Shown piece by piece: positions 37,765 to 46,958 of a stretch of DNA of 64,000 nt. The notes beneath the pieces are model-generated. The model saw nothing but the letters and a program-made list of their open reading frames with translations, made no database searches and was not told the origin of the DNA. The stretch is from positions 1-64,000 of the IMG/VR virus record IMGVR_UViG_3300049847_000416; one strand, given 5' to 3'. This DNA is from a virus. The position numbers and the translations under genes were made by a program. The number at the start of each line of letters is the position of its first letter. Position 1 is the stretch's first letter.

Positions 37765-40209
37765 TTACGGATTCACACGGGAAATTCCCGGTGTGGACAT
37801 CAAAAATTCGGTGCACATGGTGTTGAACGCGCCAGCGGTAGCGTCCCCGATATCATCGTGCAGATCGTTGTCGCCGGTCAGCCCGCAGATTTCCTGGAGC
37901 CAGTCTGTGGCCCAGACGCTATTGACCAACCAAACGTTTTGGTTCTGGGCTTGAGCCGCGAAGGGACTCCACCGGGCGCGTTTCGGTCCGCCTGGTGCTA
38001 CGCCCATGATGTTATATCCCGGCAAGGACCGGACGAAGTGGGACACCAAAGACTTACCGGACGCGCCAGGTTCCCGCTCAATGCGCTGAAACACGTTAAC
38101 ACCATCGGACTTCATCGTGCCAATCACCCGCTGTTCAACAATGGCGGGGTTCGACCGGAACCGCTGCATGTCTTCCACGACGATCCTGCCGATGGAATCA
38201 CGCGCCATGAGAATGCCCACGGTGTAATCAGGATCCGTGTTGGGCTTGGGATCGGTCGCCGCCAAATCCCAAAACCGCAAGCGCAGGCACTTTCCGGCAA
38301 CGGGCACCGGCTGCATCAGGAACCACTCGCGCTGGAACACCGCATCAGTACGGGTGGCCATCCAATCGCCATACCGGCGTTGCCGGTAAGTGAGAGGATC
38401 CAGGTTCTTCAGCGACTTCTCATATTGCACTAAGTCAATTGCGGGGTTGTCCTCGATATAGAACGGAATGTACGCAATGTCAGGGTCTTTTCCCTGGTTC
38501 AAAACGTATTTGTCCCGCAGGAAGATGTGCGAGATGCCACCCGGATTACTGACGAGTCTATAGCGCAACGGGATCGGATCCGTGATGACTTTGCGCAATC
38601 GCAGGAAGATGAACTCTAGCTGAGTCTGAGAAAACTGCCCGGCTTCGTCAATGCCGATGAAGTGGAATTCGGGACCGTCGTACTGGAACTTGTCTTGTTC
38701 CGTATTCATGTGACCGAACTTTAACACGGCCCCAGCCGGAAAGCGCACCTCATGGGTATCGCTGTTGAAGTGGAATGGGACGCCTGCCGCCTGCATCCTC
38801 CGCAAGGTGCGGTCCATAATCGAATTGGGAGACGCCAACTGACCAAGAGTTCGGCGCAGGATGAGCGCCCGGTAATTGGGCCGCGTCACATACTGCAACG
38901 CCGCCCGGATCAGGACTTCTGAATTGTGAGTCAGGATGTAGTGCTTCGTGCAGAACAAGTGGTCTTCGGCTTCCACCGCAATGCACGTACACTCTTCGGG
39001 CGCAACTGGCTCCACCGTGCGCACACTGCGCTTGGGCGCTACCATGCCCTTCTTTTTGGTGTAGTCAGGTTGATATAGTGCAACCTTGCGCGGAAGCCGG
39101 AACGGCTGGACCCACGATGGGAGCCTCAAGCTGATCGGGTACTCTATGCCCTTACCCGCCGCTGTGCGGTCGGCTGTGCTGATGACGGCTCTACCGCCCA
39201 GTCCTTCCACAAGCTCCCGGAAATTTTCTGCCAACTTATGGGAGGTAGTGTCAAACCGGATTTGGTGCGTGTTCTTCTTTCGGAACGCCATCCCGTCCGA
39301 GTCCATTAACCCCTGGAGAACGGCGATTCGGTAGGCGGGGGACGCACGGAGTGCGACTTCTGGGATAAACCGCTCGCCGGAGTATAGGCCGAGCAGACCG
39401 AGCTTATCCAGCGCATCGCGCTTACTGGCTCCGTAAGTTACGTGGAAAGAGTGCGTCCCTTGAGCCAAATACGTGCGGTCAGGAGATCCCAAGTGCACAA
39501 GGATGTCAGGTGCGTCCCGGTCGTCCATCGCGATGCTAACTTGCCGCCCAGCTAAAGAAGTAAGCTCACCATTACCGATGGCGTATCCTAGGAAGTACCC
39601 GTCTAGCTCAGGATCTGGTCCACAATCAAACTCCACTGGACCGCTTAGCATCGGGATCGTGTCAGCCTTGCGGGCGCTGAGGCCCCGCAGTTCATCCGTG
39701 CGTACCACTCGTGTCTGAAGAGGCTTCCGCCCCGTTACTTCCCGAGACACCGTCCACAAATGATCGTCGGCGGCAGTCACCGAACTGCCGTCAGAGAATG
39801 TAACACGGCTGCAAGGCCGAATACCCTGCGGATACACTCCGATGACCTTGGTGGGTTTGCCGTTGGAGCCGATGACGTAGTCACCTTCCCGGATGTTTCC
39901 GAAGCGTCGGTAACCCTGTGGAGTCGGTATAAGTTGTTGATTACAAAGGGCTTTGCCGTTACCACTTGCACCTCCGGCCATTGCTTGGTAGTGTGGCAAC
40001 ATGCAGAATGCCTTCTGCTTCGGGAACATAGGAAACACTTTCGTGTAGATGTTCTCCGTCTGCAAGTACTCTGCTTGGAACTTGCGCACGTCCACCATCC
40101 CCGCTCTCACTTTTTCCAGATTGGCTTGAAAAACAGAGAGGGGGAGCCCAGCCTTCCGGGCCATGTCTGCGTAGTCTATCGTGGGCAACTTAGTACTATC
40201 GTACCACAC
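37765..40209 (-). CDS. terL: terminase large subunit containing an intein (true start may be TTG 40188 or ATG 40163)
   Basis: GGASGNGK[intein]S, IGIDEA, SNPGG, RFWDLA, HDDIGDA. Confidence 0.93.
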   Translation of the reverse strand: MWYDSTKLPTIDYADMARKAGLPLSVFQANLEKVRAGMVDVRKFQAEYLQTENIYTKVFPMFPKQKAFCMLPHYQAMAGGASGNGKALCNQQLIPTPQGYRRFGNIREGDYVIGSNGKPTKVIGVYPQGIRPCSRVTFSDGSSVTAADDHLWTVSREVTGRKPLQTRVVRTDELRGLSARKADTIPMLSGPVEFDCGPDPELDGYFLGYAIGNGELTSLAGRQVSIAMDDRDAPDILVHLGSPDRTYLAQGTHSFHVTYGASKRDALDKLGLLGLYSGERFIPEVALRASPAYRIAVLQGLMDSDGMAFRKKNTHQIRFDTTSHKLAENFRELVEGLGGRAVISTADRTAAGKGIEYPISLRLPSWVQPFRLPRKVALYQPDYTKKKGMVAPKRSVRTVEPVAPEECTCIAVEAEDHLFCTKHYILTHNSEVLIRAALQYVTRPNYRALILRRTLGQLASPNSIMDRTLRRMQAAGVPFHFNSDTHEVRFPAGAVLKFGHMNTEQDKFQYDGPEFHFIGIDEAGQFSQTQLEFIFLRLRKVITDPIPLRYRLVSNPGGISHIFLRDKYVLNQGKDPDIAYIPFYIEDNPAIDLVQYEKSLKNLDPLTYRQRRYGDWMATRTDAVFQREWFLMQPVPVAGKCLRLRFWDLAATDPKPNTDPDYTVGILMARDSIGRIVVEDMQRFRSNPAIVEQRVIGTMKSDGVNVFQRIEREPGASGKSLVSHFVRSLPGYNIMGVAPGGPKRARWSPFAAQAQNQNVWLVNSVWATDWLQEICGLTGDNDLHDDIGDATAGAFNTMCTEFLMSTPGISRVNP
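38923..39951 (-). mobile_element. class 3 intein with LAGLIDADG endonuclease (343 aa) in the terminase P-loop
   Basis: Starts with Ala (ALCNQQLIPTP); DHLW; CTCIAV; ILTHN/S; LGYAIGNG and LQGLMDSDG. Confidence 0.92.
40194..40201 (-). promoter_or_regulatory. putative late promoter CGATAGTA
   Basis: 5 nt before the in-frame TTG 40188 of the terminase gene. Confidence 0.5.
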
Positions 40210-40276
40210 TTAGAGGACAGTGTGGGAAAGCACGAAAGCACCCTGGGTTACAGAGTGCTTTTAGGGATGGGGTGGA

Positions 40277-40399
40277 CTACTTGTTCTTCCAGGCGGATTT
40301 ACAGTCCGCCCACCAATACCGGACTTCCCGGATAGCGCCGGGAAGACCAGGTAACAAACCGACGAGGAACGCGATCAGGCCGGCGATGACGATTTCCAT
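40277..40399 (-). CDS. small membrane peptide (40 aa)
   Basis: MEIVIAGLIAFLVGLLPGLPGAIREVRYWW...; starts just after the thyX stop. Confidence 0.45.
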   Translation of the reverse strand: MEIVIAGLIAFLVGLLPGLPGAIREVRYWWADCKSAWKNK

Positions 40400-40400
40400 G

Positions 40401-42242
40401 TTACTTTCGGAAGCCGACCAGGGCTTGTCCCGCTCCTCGGGCTGGATGGTGTCTCCATTGTGTCCAGCCTACGAAATTTCCCTTGCCGGAACCAGGGGTG
40501 CAGGCATGTTCGAACGGCGACCCATGCTCCGGCTCCGCTGTGCTCAGATCGTTGTACAACCGGAGGTCTTCCTTATAGTCAATCTTCCCGGACTGGGTCA
40601 AGTAGGACGTGCGGGCGCTCCGAGCGCACGAGATCTGGATCCGCATCAAGATGTCTGCCAACTCCGTTGGTGGTTTATCAGCCAACGTCGCCGGAATGAA
40701 CGGAAGGTGCCACTCTCCCTTTTTGACCAGTTTGGGAATACTGGCCGCGAGGGCTTTGCGCATCTCGCGGGATGGCGCAGCAATCTCCGGTTGCGCCAAC
40801 TCGGAATCTCGCTGGGCAAAGTAGTTGTCCCACTCAGTACTGGTGACAAGAACCGTATGCCACAAGAACGGTTCCAGCACCCGGTTGGCAATCTGCTTGT
40901 GCAGACCCAGCACGTCCAGAGTGAAAGCAATTCCACAGGCGAGTAGCGCGCCGACGCGCCAGGCCACGCGGGCTACAAACTGTTTCCACCCAGTGATGGG
41001 TTGCCCAGCCTGCATGCCCTTTTTGTTCCGACCCCAATCCAAGGGGAAGGCGCAGTCGAACAGAACACTCTTAATGCGTTTGCGGATAGGGATAGCGCGT
41101 GAAGATGCGGAGTTCCGGGAATTGTGAACCACTACTCCGTTTGCGAAGAAATTGGGATATTCGCTGTCTATCTCAAGATCATAAGTAGGTTCGTCGCCTC
41201 GATAGGTCACTGACTCAACCTGGGCGGGTGCCGCGTACAGGTGATTACCACTGTCCTGCCAGCCCTGTACTTTGTGTTCTGTTTGATGACAAGAGGAGCA
41301 AAGCAACGTCACATTCGTCGGATCATACACACGCTCAGGAGCTTGGTAGACTGGGATGACGTGGTGAACTTCGACCCCGAGGTTATCACACCTTCGACAA
41401 GAGGGATTCTCTTTCTGCAACCGAGTCCGCTGCTCACGCTGCCACTGGGCTCGCCACCGCCCATCAAGGTACTTTAACCGGTTCGCGTCTTTCCGCTCAG
41501 ACGCAGGGCGACCAAACTTCTGCGTGAGGATAAAATCTGCCGTGGTCAAGTCGCCAATGGTCTTCCAACCTGCCGTAGTTAAAACGCGGTGGTCCAAGCT
41601 CCCAGCTACGCAAAAGGCACCGGCTTTGACTTCGTACACCGGTTTCGTTCCTGAAACCTGCACGTTCTTCACACGTGCCCACTGAACAACGCCAGTCTGT
41701 TCATTAACCTGGCGAATTCGCATGGACTGCAAACGTGCCCGCATGTCAAAACGCGTGTGTGGCGGAACAGCACTCCGCCATGCCTTCAAGTCCTTCCCCA
41801 AAACCTGCCAATCCTCACTGCGTTGTGTTTTGGTCCCTAGGCATGCTCCTGACCGGCATGCCACCCGAATAGGTCCCGGCGTAGCCATACCCATTTTTTC
41901 CGCAGCATCTTTCGCGGTGTACACAGCCGAATCTTCACACCAACTTAGATCATACGCGAGTTTGGGATTGGCTCCATGTCGGTTCGCACCGTGTAGCCAC
42001 CGATCCACAAAAGTGTCCAAGCGCACTCGGTGCGAACGTCGAGAGCCGCCCTTCTGGGGCGTGGGTAAATCAAACTCTAGCTCAGCATCTCCCGCTAAGC
42101 AGAAGGTTCTGTGAGTGTTAAATTCCGGCAATACAAATCGGTGCATGACTACCAGTAGAGTAGTCACGCGCACGCCGGCGGTAGAAATCGAGTCTGCAAT
42201 CACCTCGGCAGACGGCTTTGTTCGGTTGTAGAGATTGATCAT
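40401..42242 (-). CDS. thyX: flavin-dependent thymidylate synthase ThyX containing an intein
   Basis: EFNTHRTF[intein]SRNSASSRAIP; HKQIANR.LEPF; AQPEI; SARTSY; H.SPFEH. Confidence 0.92.
   Translation of the reverse strand: MINLYNRTKPSAEVIADSISTAGVRVTTLLVVMHRFVLPEFNTHRTFCLAGDAELEFDLPTPQKGGSRRSHRVRLDTFVDRWLHGANRHGANPKLAYDLSWCEDSAVYTAKDAAEKMGMATPGPIRVACRSGACLGTKTQRSEDWQVLGKDLKAWRSAVPPHTRFDMRARLQSMRIRQVNEQTGVVQWARVKNVQVSGTKPVYEVKAGAFCVAGSLDHRVLTTAGWKTIGDLTTADFILTQKFGRPASERKDANRLKYLDGRWRAQWQREQRTRLQKENPSCRRCDNLGVEVHHVIPVYQAPERVYDPTNVTLLCSSCHQTEHKVQGWQDSGNHLYAAPAQVESVTYRGDEPTYDLEIDSEYPNFFANGVVVHNSRNSASSRAIPIRKRIKSVLFDCAFPLDWGRNKKGMQAGQPITGWKQFVARVAWRVGALLACGIAFTLDVLGLHKQIANRVLEPFLWHTVLVTSTEWDNYFAQRDSELAQPEIAAPSREMRKALAASIPKLVKKGEWHLPFIPATLADKPPTELADILMRIQISCARSARTSYLTQSGKIDYKEDLRLYNDLSTAEPEHGSPFEHACTPGSGKGNFVGWTQWRHHPARGAGQALVGFRK
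41121..42101 (-). mobile_element. class 1 intein with HNH endonuclease (327 aa)
   Basis: CLAGD start; block B SLDHRVLT; ends NFFANGVVVHN/S; HNH motif CRRC...VHHVIP...NVTLLCSSCH..EH. Confidence 0.92.
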
Positions 42243-42433
42243 CGCAGCATCAGTTGAACGACTTTGGCCGTGAGGCCGATGTACAAGGGGAGGGCAACAA
42301 CCACAGCCACGCCCAGGGCGACCAGTCGCCACTGACCCACGTTCTCAGCGTGCTCCTCGGCATCAGCTTGAAGTTTCAGAACATACTCCGCCAACTGCTG
42401 CGGCGTGAGTTTGGATAAATCAGGTTGGTTCAT
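42239..42433 (-). CDS. small membrane protein
   Basis: C-terminal hydrophobic helix; ATGA coupling to thyX. Confidence 0.55.
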   Translation of the reverse strand: MNQPDLSKLTPQQLAEYVLKLQADAEEHAENVGQWRLVALGVAVVVALPLYIGLTAKVVQLMLR

Positions 42434-42445
42434 GCAACTCCTATG

Positions 42446-42892
42446 TTAGGGGTGGACCACTCGGTAAGGAACGTCCGCCCAGAGCAAGTATTTCTTGCCC
42501 GCTTCTTGGGCTGTATGCAGCCCGCCCGTACCGGCCATGGTAGCGGCTACCACGCGGCGGATTCCCGCTGCCACAATCATTTTCGCGCACACGTCACAGG
42601 GACCGTGCGTCAAGTACAGCGTACTCCCGGCTGTGGCGTGCCCGGCTGCGGCAGCCGCGCCCAACGCGTTTTGCTCAGCATGCAGGACCAAAAAGTACTT
42701 CAGGTCTCGGTTGTTCCACAGTTCGGGAGTCTCGGGAATACCTGCGGGAAACCCGTTGTACCCGGTGCCAATGATATGCCGACTGTCATTCACCAGCACG
42801 GCTCCCACCTGCGTGGAAGGGTCTTTGGACCGGGTGGCCACCACCTCAGCAATGTTCAGAAAGTATCGATCCCAACATGGGATACTTCGCAT
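42446..42892 (-). CDS. dCMP deaminase
   Basis: WD.YF..IA..VA.RSKDPSTQVGA; GYNG; HAEQNA; PCDVC. Confidence 0.93.
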   Translation of the reverse strand: MRSIPCWDRYFLNIAEVVATRSKDPSTQVGAVLVNDSRHIIGTGYNGFPAGIPETPELWNNRDLKYFLVLHAEQNALGAAAAAGHATAGSTLYLTHGPCDVCAKMIVAAGIRRVVAATMAGTGGLHTAQEAGKKYLLWADVPYRVVHP

Positions 42893-42893
42893 G

Positions 42894-43139
42894 TCATCTC
42901 CTACTACGTTCTATTTCATCTTCTGGCTCCTCTACGGTTTTGGCCGTGAAAGAGCCCGCATACTCAGGCAGAGGGCGGGAAACGTATTCCCGAATCGGAA
43001 TAGCCAATGGGGGAATGGGGATTGTCCAGTAAACTTCCATGCCCCATCCTATCACGTTTTCCGCCCAGTTACAAGGTCTAGGTCTGCCAGGGGCCAGCGG
43101 AACCCTCGACCACGATATGCGACCACACCGGAGTGACAA
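42894..43139 (-). CDS. hypothetical protein (start uncertain)
   Basis: Fills the gap in the operon. Confidence 0.35.
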   Translation of the reverse strand: MSLRCGRISWSRVPLAPGRPRPCNWAENVIGWGMEVYWTIPIPPLAIPIREYVSRPLPEYAGSFTAKTVEEPEDEIERSRR

Positions 43140-43446
43140 TGCCGCTCATCCCGTTCCGGCAAACCACATGATGGTTACCCGACTTGCGGATATGGACGGT
43201 GGTGACATTCGAAAAACAGACACGACTTCCGTTGTGCAGCCAGTAGGTCCGCAAGCGTTCATTCACGTGCAGCGTGCGCTCTTGATGCTGAACCGGACAT
43301 TGAACCGGACAGGGCCGGCATTCCTGCTGGTACTTCGCTGCGAGTTCGATAGCTTCATCGCGCTGGCGCAGGATGGCGTCCCGGTCTTTGCGGGCAGCCT
43401 CCAACTGGAGTTCACAGACCGTGGGGTAGTGACAACTCGTAGGCAT
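43078..43446 (-). CDS. hypothetical protein
   Basis: ORF in operon orientation. Confidence 0.5.
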   Translation of the reverse strand: MPTSCHYPTVCELQLEAARKDRDAILRQRDEAIELAAKYQQECRPCPVQCPVQHQERTLHVNERLRTYWLHNGSRVCFSNVTTVHIRKSGNHHVVCRNGMSGIVTPVWSHIVVEGSAGPWQT

Positions 43447-43449
43447 AGG

Positions 43450-43881
43450 TTATTCGTCATCTTTCTGGGTCACCCACGCGGGGACCTCGGTAGTAGCAAC
43501 ATAGCCAACAAAACTCGCGTGGTTGGCGAAGTACGCCAGCGGCGAGCCTGCAAAATCGGGATTCACCCGAGCATCAGCAAGCAGCGTGTCGAACCACATT
43601 GCCTTAGCCAAGTGATCGGCTGTATGGATGTCGTCCTCACCCGGCGTTTTCAAAAGCTCGCGCAAGTACGGCATTTGCCACATCAACCGGTGGCGAGCCG
43701 CGTGCATCACCCGGTCTCGCACCCAGGCAATATTCCATGCCCCGTAATGCCAGTTCGGTCGATCCCCTGAGGGGGGATATTTGATGTGACCCTCAGCAAA
43801 CACCGCGCCGACGGCGAACAGCGCGCCTCCAGGGATCAGTTCCACGCCGCTTTGGGTTACAACAGACGTGCCCCCTTTCAT
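43450..43881 (-). CDS. dATP/dGTP diphosphohydrolase-domain protein (DUF5664-like)
   Basis: LIP..AL..V..V...G..KY.....NW..G......A.RH...W.....D.....HLA.A.W. Confidence 0.72.
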   Translation of the reverse strand: MKGGTSVVTQSGVELIPGGALFAVGAVFAEGHIKYPPSGDRPNWHYGAWNIAWVRDRVMHAARHRLMWQMPYLRELLKTPGEDDIHTADHLAKAMWFDTLLADARVNPDFAGSPLAYFANHASFVGYVATTEVPAWVTQKDDE

Positions 43882-44789
43882 TCAGACACCCTGAAGATCT
43901 GGTTGGCCAGACTAACCGCGATCAACTCGTGGTCTTCTGTGGTCATGTTGTCGATGTCGATAGTGTGACTGGAGTGCTCCCCAACCACGAAGTGGTACAT
44001 GCGGTGTCTAACGCCCTGAAAGGTCTCGGTGACAACCGCCTGAGGATCCCACCCCGTAGGAATAAAATCATGCATGATGAAGTGGGTGCCTGCTGGTGTC
44101 CGCTTGAACTGTTCCGCCATGGCTGCCACGATATCAGGCATGAGGTACATGAATACGGCGCTATTCGGCGGCAGGGTGGAAAAGTCGAATTCGAGGGCGT
44201 TCTGCTGCTTGACAGTGGCAGTGGTTACTGCCACTCCCAGTTTTGCTTGCACCTGAGCCAAGAGATGCGTGGCTGTAGCCACCTGATCAGAGTTGGTATC
44301 CACGCCGGCGACATTGGGAATACCCCGCTTCAACGCCAACGCCAGCGCCCGCCCGTCGCCGCACCCAATATCAAAGAAGTGCTGGACGCCAGCCGGCAGC
44401 ATGTCCAAGCCCTTCGTCAGGAAATCGATGGGTGTAGGGACGTAGGGAGCCGTCAGCTTGGTGATTTCCCTGGGTCTGTTTTCGATGAGTTCACCCATGA
44501 CACTCGTCATGTCCTGTAGGTGACAGGCGTAGATGCAGTCCAGGAACTTTTCGAAGCTGACGGTTCCGTGGATGTGCTGATCACTCATACTGGCGGCATA
44601 CAAGATCGTAGCCACGTCTCGGATACAAGCGGGGGTCCATCCCGACTTCAGGTCACAGTTAGCGATCCGCAGATACTTGAGCGCGGGTCCATTGAGTTGC
44701 AGATCGCGCGGCTTGTCCAATAGCACCCGGATTTTGATGCGTCCAGTGGTACGTCTGGCGGTGGACTTTAGGTAGATTGTTTTTGCCAT
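43878..44789 (-). CDS. class I SAM-dependent methyltransferase (FAM173-like)
   Basis: APYVPTP, FFDIGCGDGR, VFMYLMP and GT.F..HDF....W.P motifs. Confidence 0.8.
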   Translation of the reverse strand: MAKTIYLKSTARRTTGRIKIRVLLDKPRDLQLNGPALKYLRIANCDLKSGWTPACIRDVATILYAASMSDQHIHGTVSFEKFLDCIYACHLQDMTSVMGELIENRPREITKLTAPYVPTPIDFLTKGLDMLPAGVQHFFDIGCGDGRALALALKRGIPNVAGVDTNSDQVATATHLLAQVQAKLGVAVTTATVKQQNALEFDFSTLPPNSAVFMYLMPDIVAAMAEQFKRTPAGTHFIMHDFIPTGWDPQAVVTETFQGVRHRMYHFVVGEHSSHTIDIDNMTTEDHELIAVSLANQIFRVSE

Positions 44790-44977
44790 TGAGCTTTCTG
44801 GAGTAACAGATTGAGATTGGTTTGGTTGAAGGTAATGATAGCGACAAGGGAAGCATGTGCGTCTGCGTATTCTAGCAGACGGTCTGGAGAAATTTTCGCC
44901 AACTCCCCCGATGCCCGAGACATGCACTCTTGCATGTCTCGGATCACACTGGCGAGTGTAGGAGCTATGGGGGCCAT
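44768..44977 (-). CDS. hypothetical protein
   Basis: Short ORF filling the operon gap. Confidence 0.5.
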   Translation of the reverse strand: MAPIAPTLASVIRDMQECMSRASGELAKISPDRLLEYADAHASLVAIITFNQTNLNLLLQKAQWQKQST

Positions 44978-44978
44978 G

Positions 44979-45884
44979 TTAGCGGCTGAACAGCGTCACT
45001 GGTCGGGGAAGCGGGGCAGCCGGGGCAGCCGGGGCAGCCGGGGCGTTCATGTTCAGCAGCGTTAGACGCCGCACGGTACCTTCCAACGCGGCTACCCGGT
45101 CTTCTAGGGATGCGGCAGACGGGGCGTCAGGTGAGGGAAGCGCACCCTTTACACCCACCAACCACGACCCTGTGAGTTCGAATCGCGCCCACTCCTCATC
45201 CGCGCGGAGCATTCGCTCCCGGACCGGAATTGAAACCGTGTTTGAGCCAAACACGTCCTCCGGGCGAGGACTGACGAATACCACAGTGTCCACTGGACCG
45301 GGCTCCGCGAAACGACCGGGATATCCGACACCGTTTTGTGTCTGGAGCGCCCGCAAGTCCCCACAATTAACCCAAAACGGGGCAGTCTTCGGACCGGTGA
45401 CCTGGAACATGAACTGCCGACGGGGATCTCCGGCATCATACATCACCTCGAACGGACCCGCAACACCATAATCCTGGACGGGACCAACTTGCCAGCCGGC
45501 CTGTGTCAGCGCAGCCGACAAGCTCGCCGCTTCCTCGGGGGTCGTCAGTTCCGCTGGGTTGATGGTGACCGGCAGCATTCCCGGTCCCTGGAATGTTTTG
45601 TGCTTGGTTGGTGGCAGTTCGAGCGGAAGGTACTTGCCACCCGGAAGATTGGGGCGCGAGAAATCTTCAAACGGGGACACCTTCTGGTCTTTGTAGACCG
45701 GAGTTAGCGCCCCGCCCTCCGAATAGTATCCATACGCCTCGATTCCTTTCGGCAAACTGAGGTCCACCCAGTCTCTGTGCGGACGGGTGGGATCAAACGG
45801 CGGGAGATCGCTGCCGAACTTGGCTCGCCAAGTGTCGCGCGTGTACCGCGTAGCGGTGGTAAGAATTGTGCGAGGAGAGATCAT
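44979..45884 (-). CDS. hypothetical Pro-rich protein
   Basis: AAGGA RBS and TGGTATACT upstream of ATG 45884. Confidence 0.7.
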   Translation of the reverse strand: MISPRTILTTATRYTRDTWRAKFGSDLPPFDPTRPHRDWVDLSLPKGIEAYGYYSEGGALTPVYKDQKVSPFEDFSRPNLPGGKYLPLELPPTKHKTFQGPGMLPVTINPAELTTPEEAASLSAALTQAGWQVGPVQDYGVAGPFEVMYDAGDPRRQFMFQVTGPKTAPFWVNCGDLRALQTQNGVGYPGRFAEPGPVDTVVFVSPRPEDVFGSNTVSIPVRERMLRADEEWARFELTGSWLVGVKGALPSPDAPSAASLEDRVAALEGTVRRLTLLNMNAPAAPAAPAAPLPRPVTLFSR

Positions 45885-45908
45885 GCTTATGTTTCCTTCT
45901 ACGGTTTT

Positions 45909-45953
45909 AGTATACCACAAATAAAAGTGAGGCTGCCGGGTAAGGGCAGCCTC
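45909..45953 (-). promoter_or_regulatory. terminator fused to extended -10 promoter (TGGTATACT)
   Basis: GAGGCTGCC-loop-GGCAGCCTC, ACTTTTATTTG, TGGTATACT. Confidence 0.7.
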
Positions 45954-45975
45954 AAAAACAGACGCGAGATGAAAC

Positions 45976-46470
45976 CTATCGTTCTTCGTACTTGATCGAG
46001 ATGGTGACGACACCCGTCATCACACCTGTGTGAATGGCGAAGGCCTGGTTCATTCCGATTGAAGCATCCACGGGGATCGTCGTGGAACCACCGGCTCCCA
46101 GTGAAAACGCCTTGAAGATGATTTGCCCGGACGCAGCCGCCTGTGGCATGTTCGTCCGCACTTCCGAAAACCCCTGGAGGGTGTCTTGTAGGCCGACCGC
46201 CGCAATCACCGTTCCAGTAGTGGCAACAGTGTGGCGGATCTTTTGGGTAACCACACACGCCGCTGAGCACTCGATGTAAAACGACTGAATGCGGACTTGG
46301 CGTCCACCGTCTTTCAGAACGGTGGATACGGGGTTTACGATGGACAACGCCGCTACCGAAGCAGCGGGAGACAGCGTAGCCGTCGCGACGAACGTTCGCG
46401 AGGTCAAAGAGGACTGGGCAAAGACACAGCCCCCCAGAGCGAACGCTACTAACAGCATTCGCGCGATCAC
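45976..46470 (-). CDS. exported beta-rich protein with Sec signal peptide
   Basis: MIARMLLVAFALGGCVFA/Q; CSAAC pair in the mature part. Confidence 0.65.
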   Translation of the reverse strand: MIARMLLVAFALGGCVFAQSSLTSRTFVATATLSPAASVAALSIVNPVSTVLKDGGRQVRIQSFYIECSAACVVTQKIRHTVATTGTVIAAVGLQDTLQGFSEVRTNMPQAAASGQIIFKAFSLGAGGSTTIPVDASIGMNQAFAIHTGVMTGVVTISIKYEER

Positions 46471-46472
46471 GA

Positions 46473-46949
46473 TTACACTCGCTCCACGGAGAATTCAACC
46501 ACGATGCCAACAGGCACAGTGGTAACGATGGATCCACCGGTGACAGTCACCGTCAGGGCTCCACCATTGGCTCCCGCCGCTTTGTCCGGGGTGATAGACA
46601 GCGGAATCGCGACTCCAGCAGCCACCGCCGCCGTCAGGTTAACGGCTGCCTTGGCAACACCACCCACGTTGAGGGTGACGGTGAGCCCGCCGGCGAGCGG
46701 GGCAATGGCAGCGTCCGCAACCGCCGACACGCTATGAATGCGAATGCGCTTGGTGCTGGGCGGAACGTTCAGGTTGAGCGCCGGCTGACCGGCACGGGCG
46801 TTCAACAAGGCTTGACTGAAGTTATACACATACTTCAGGACCTGATCCTGGTTTCCCAGCTTCTTGTGGTTCTGGTCGTCATGACCGCCAGGAATCAGCA
46901 TACCGCTGTTCATCTGACGGTTGTAGTCGGCAATGTAGTTGGTGCTCAT
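46473..46949 (-). CDS. putative virion decoration protein
   Basis: Ala/Val/Gly beta-rich C-terminal domain; preceded by the late-type motif. Confidence 0.5.
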   Translation of the reverse strand: MSTNYIADYNRQMNSGMLIPGGHDDQNHKKLGNQDQVLKYVYNFSQALLNARAGQPALNLNVPPSTKRIRIHSVSAVADAAIAPLAGGLTVTLNVGGVAKAAVNLTAAVAAGVAIPLSITPDKAAGANGGALTVTVTGGSIVTTVPVGIVVEFSVERV

Positions 46950-46958
46950 GTCACTTTA

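Noticed and set aside
43450-43881. 2-aminoadenine (Z-base) pathway
   Set aside because: No PurZ homologue in the window; a DUF5664-like gene alone is insufficient.
45011-45045. 9-bp tandem repeat
   Set aside because: It simply encodes an Ala-Pro linker at the C-terminus of a protein.
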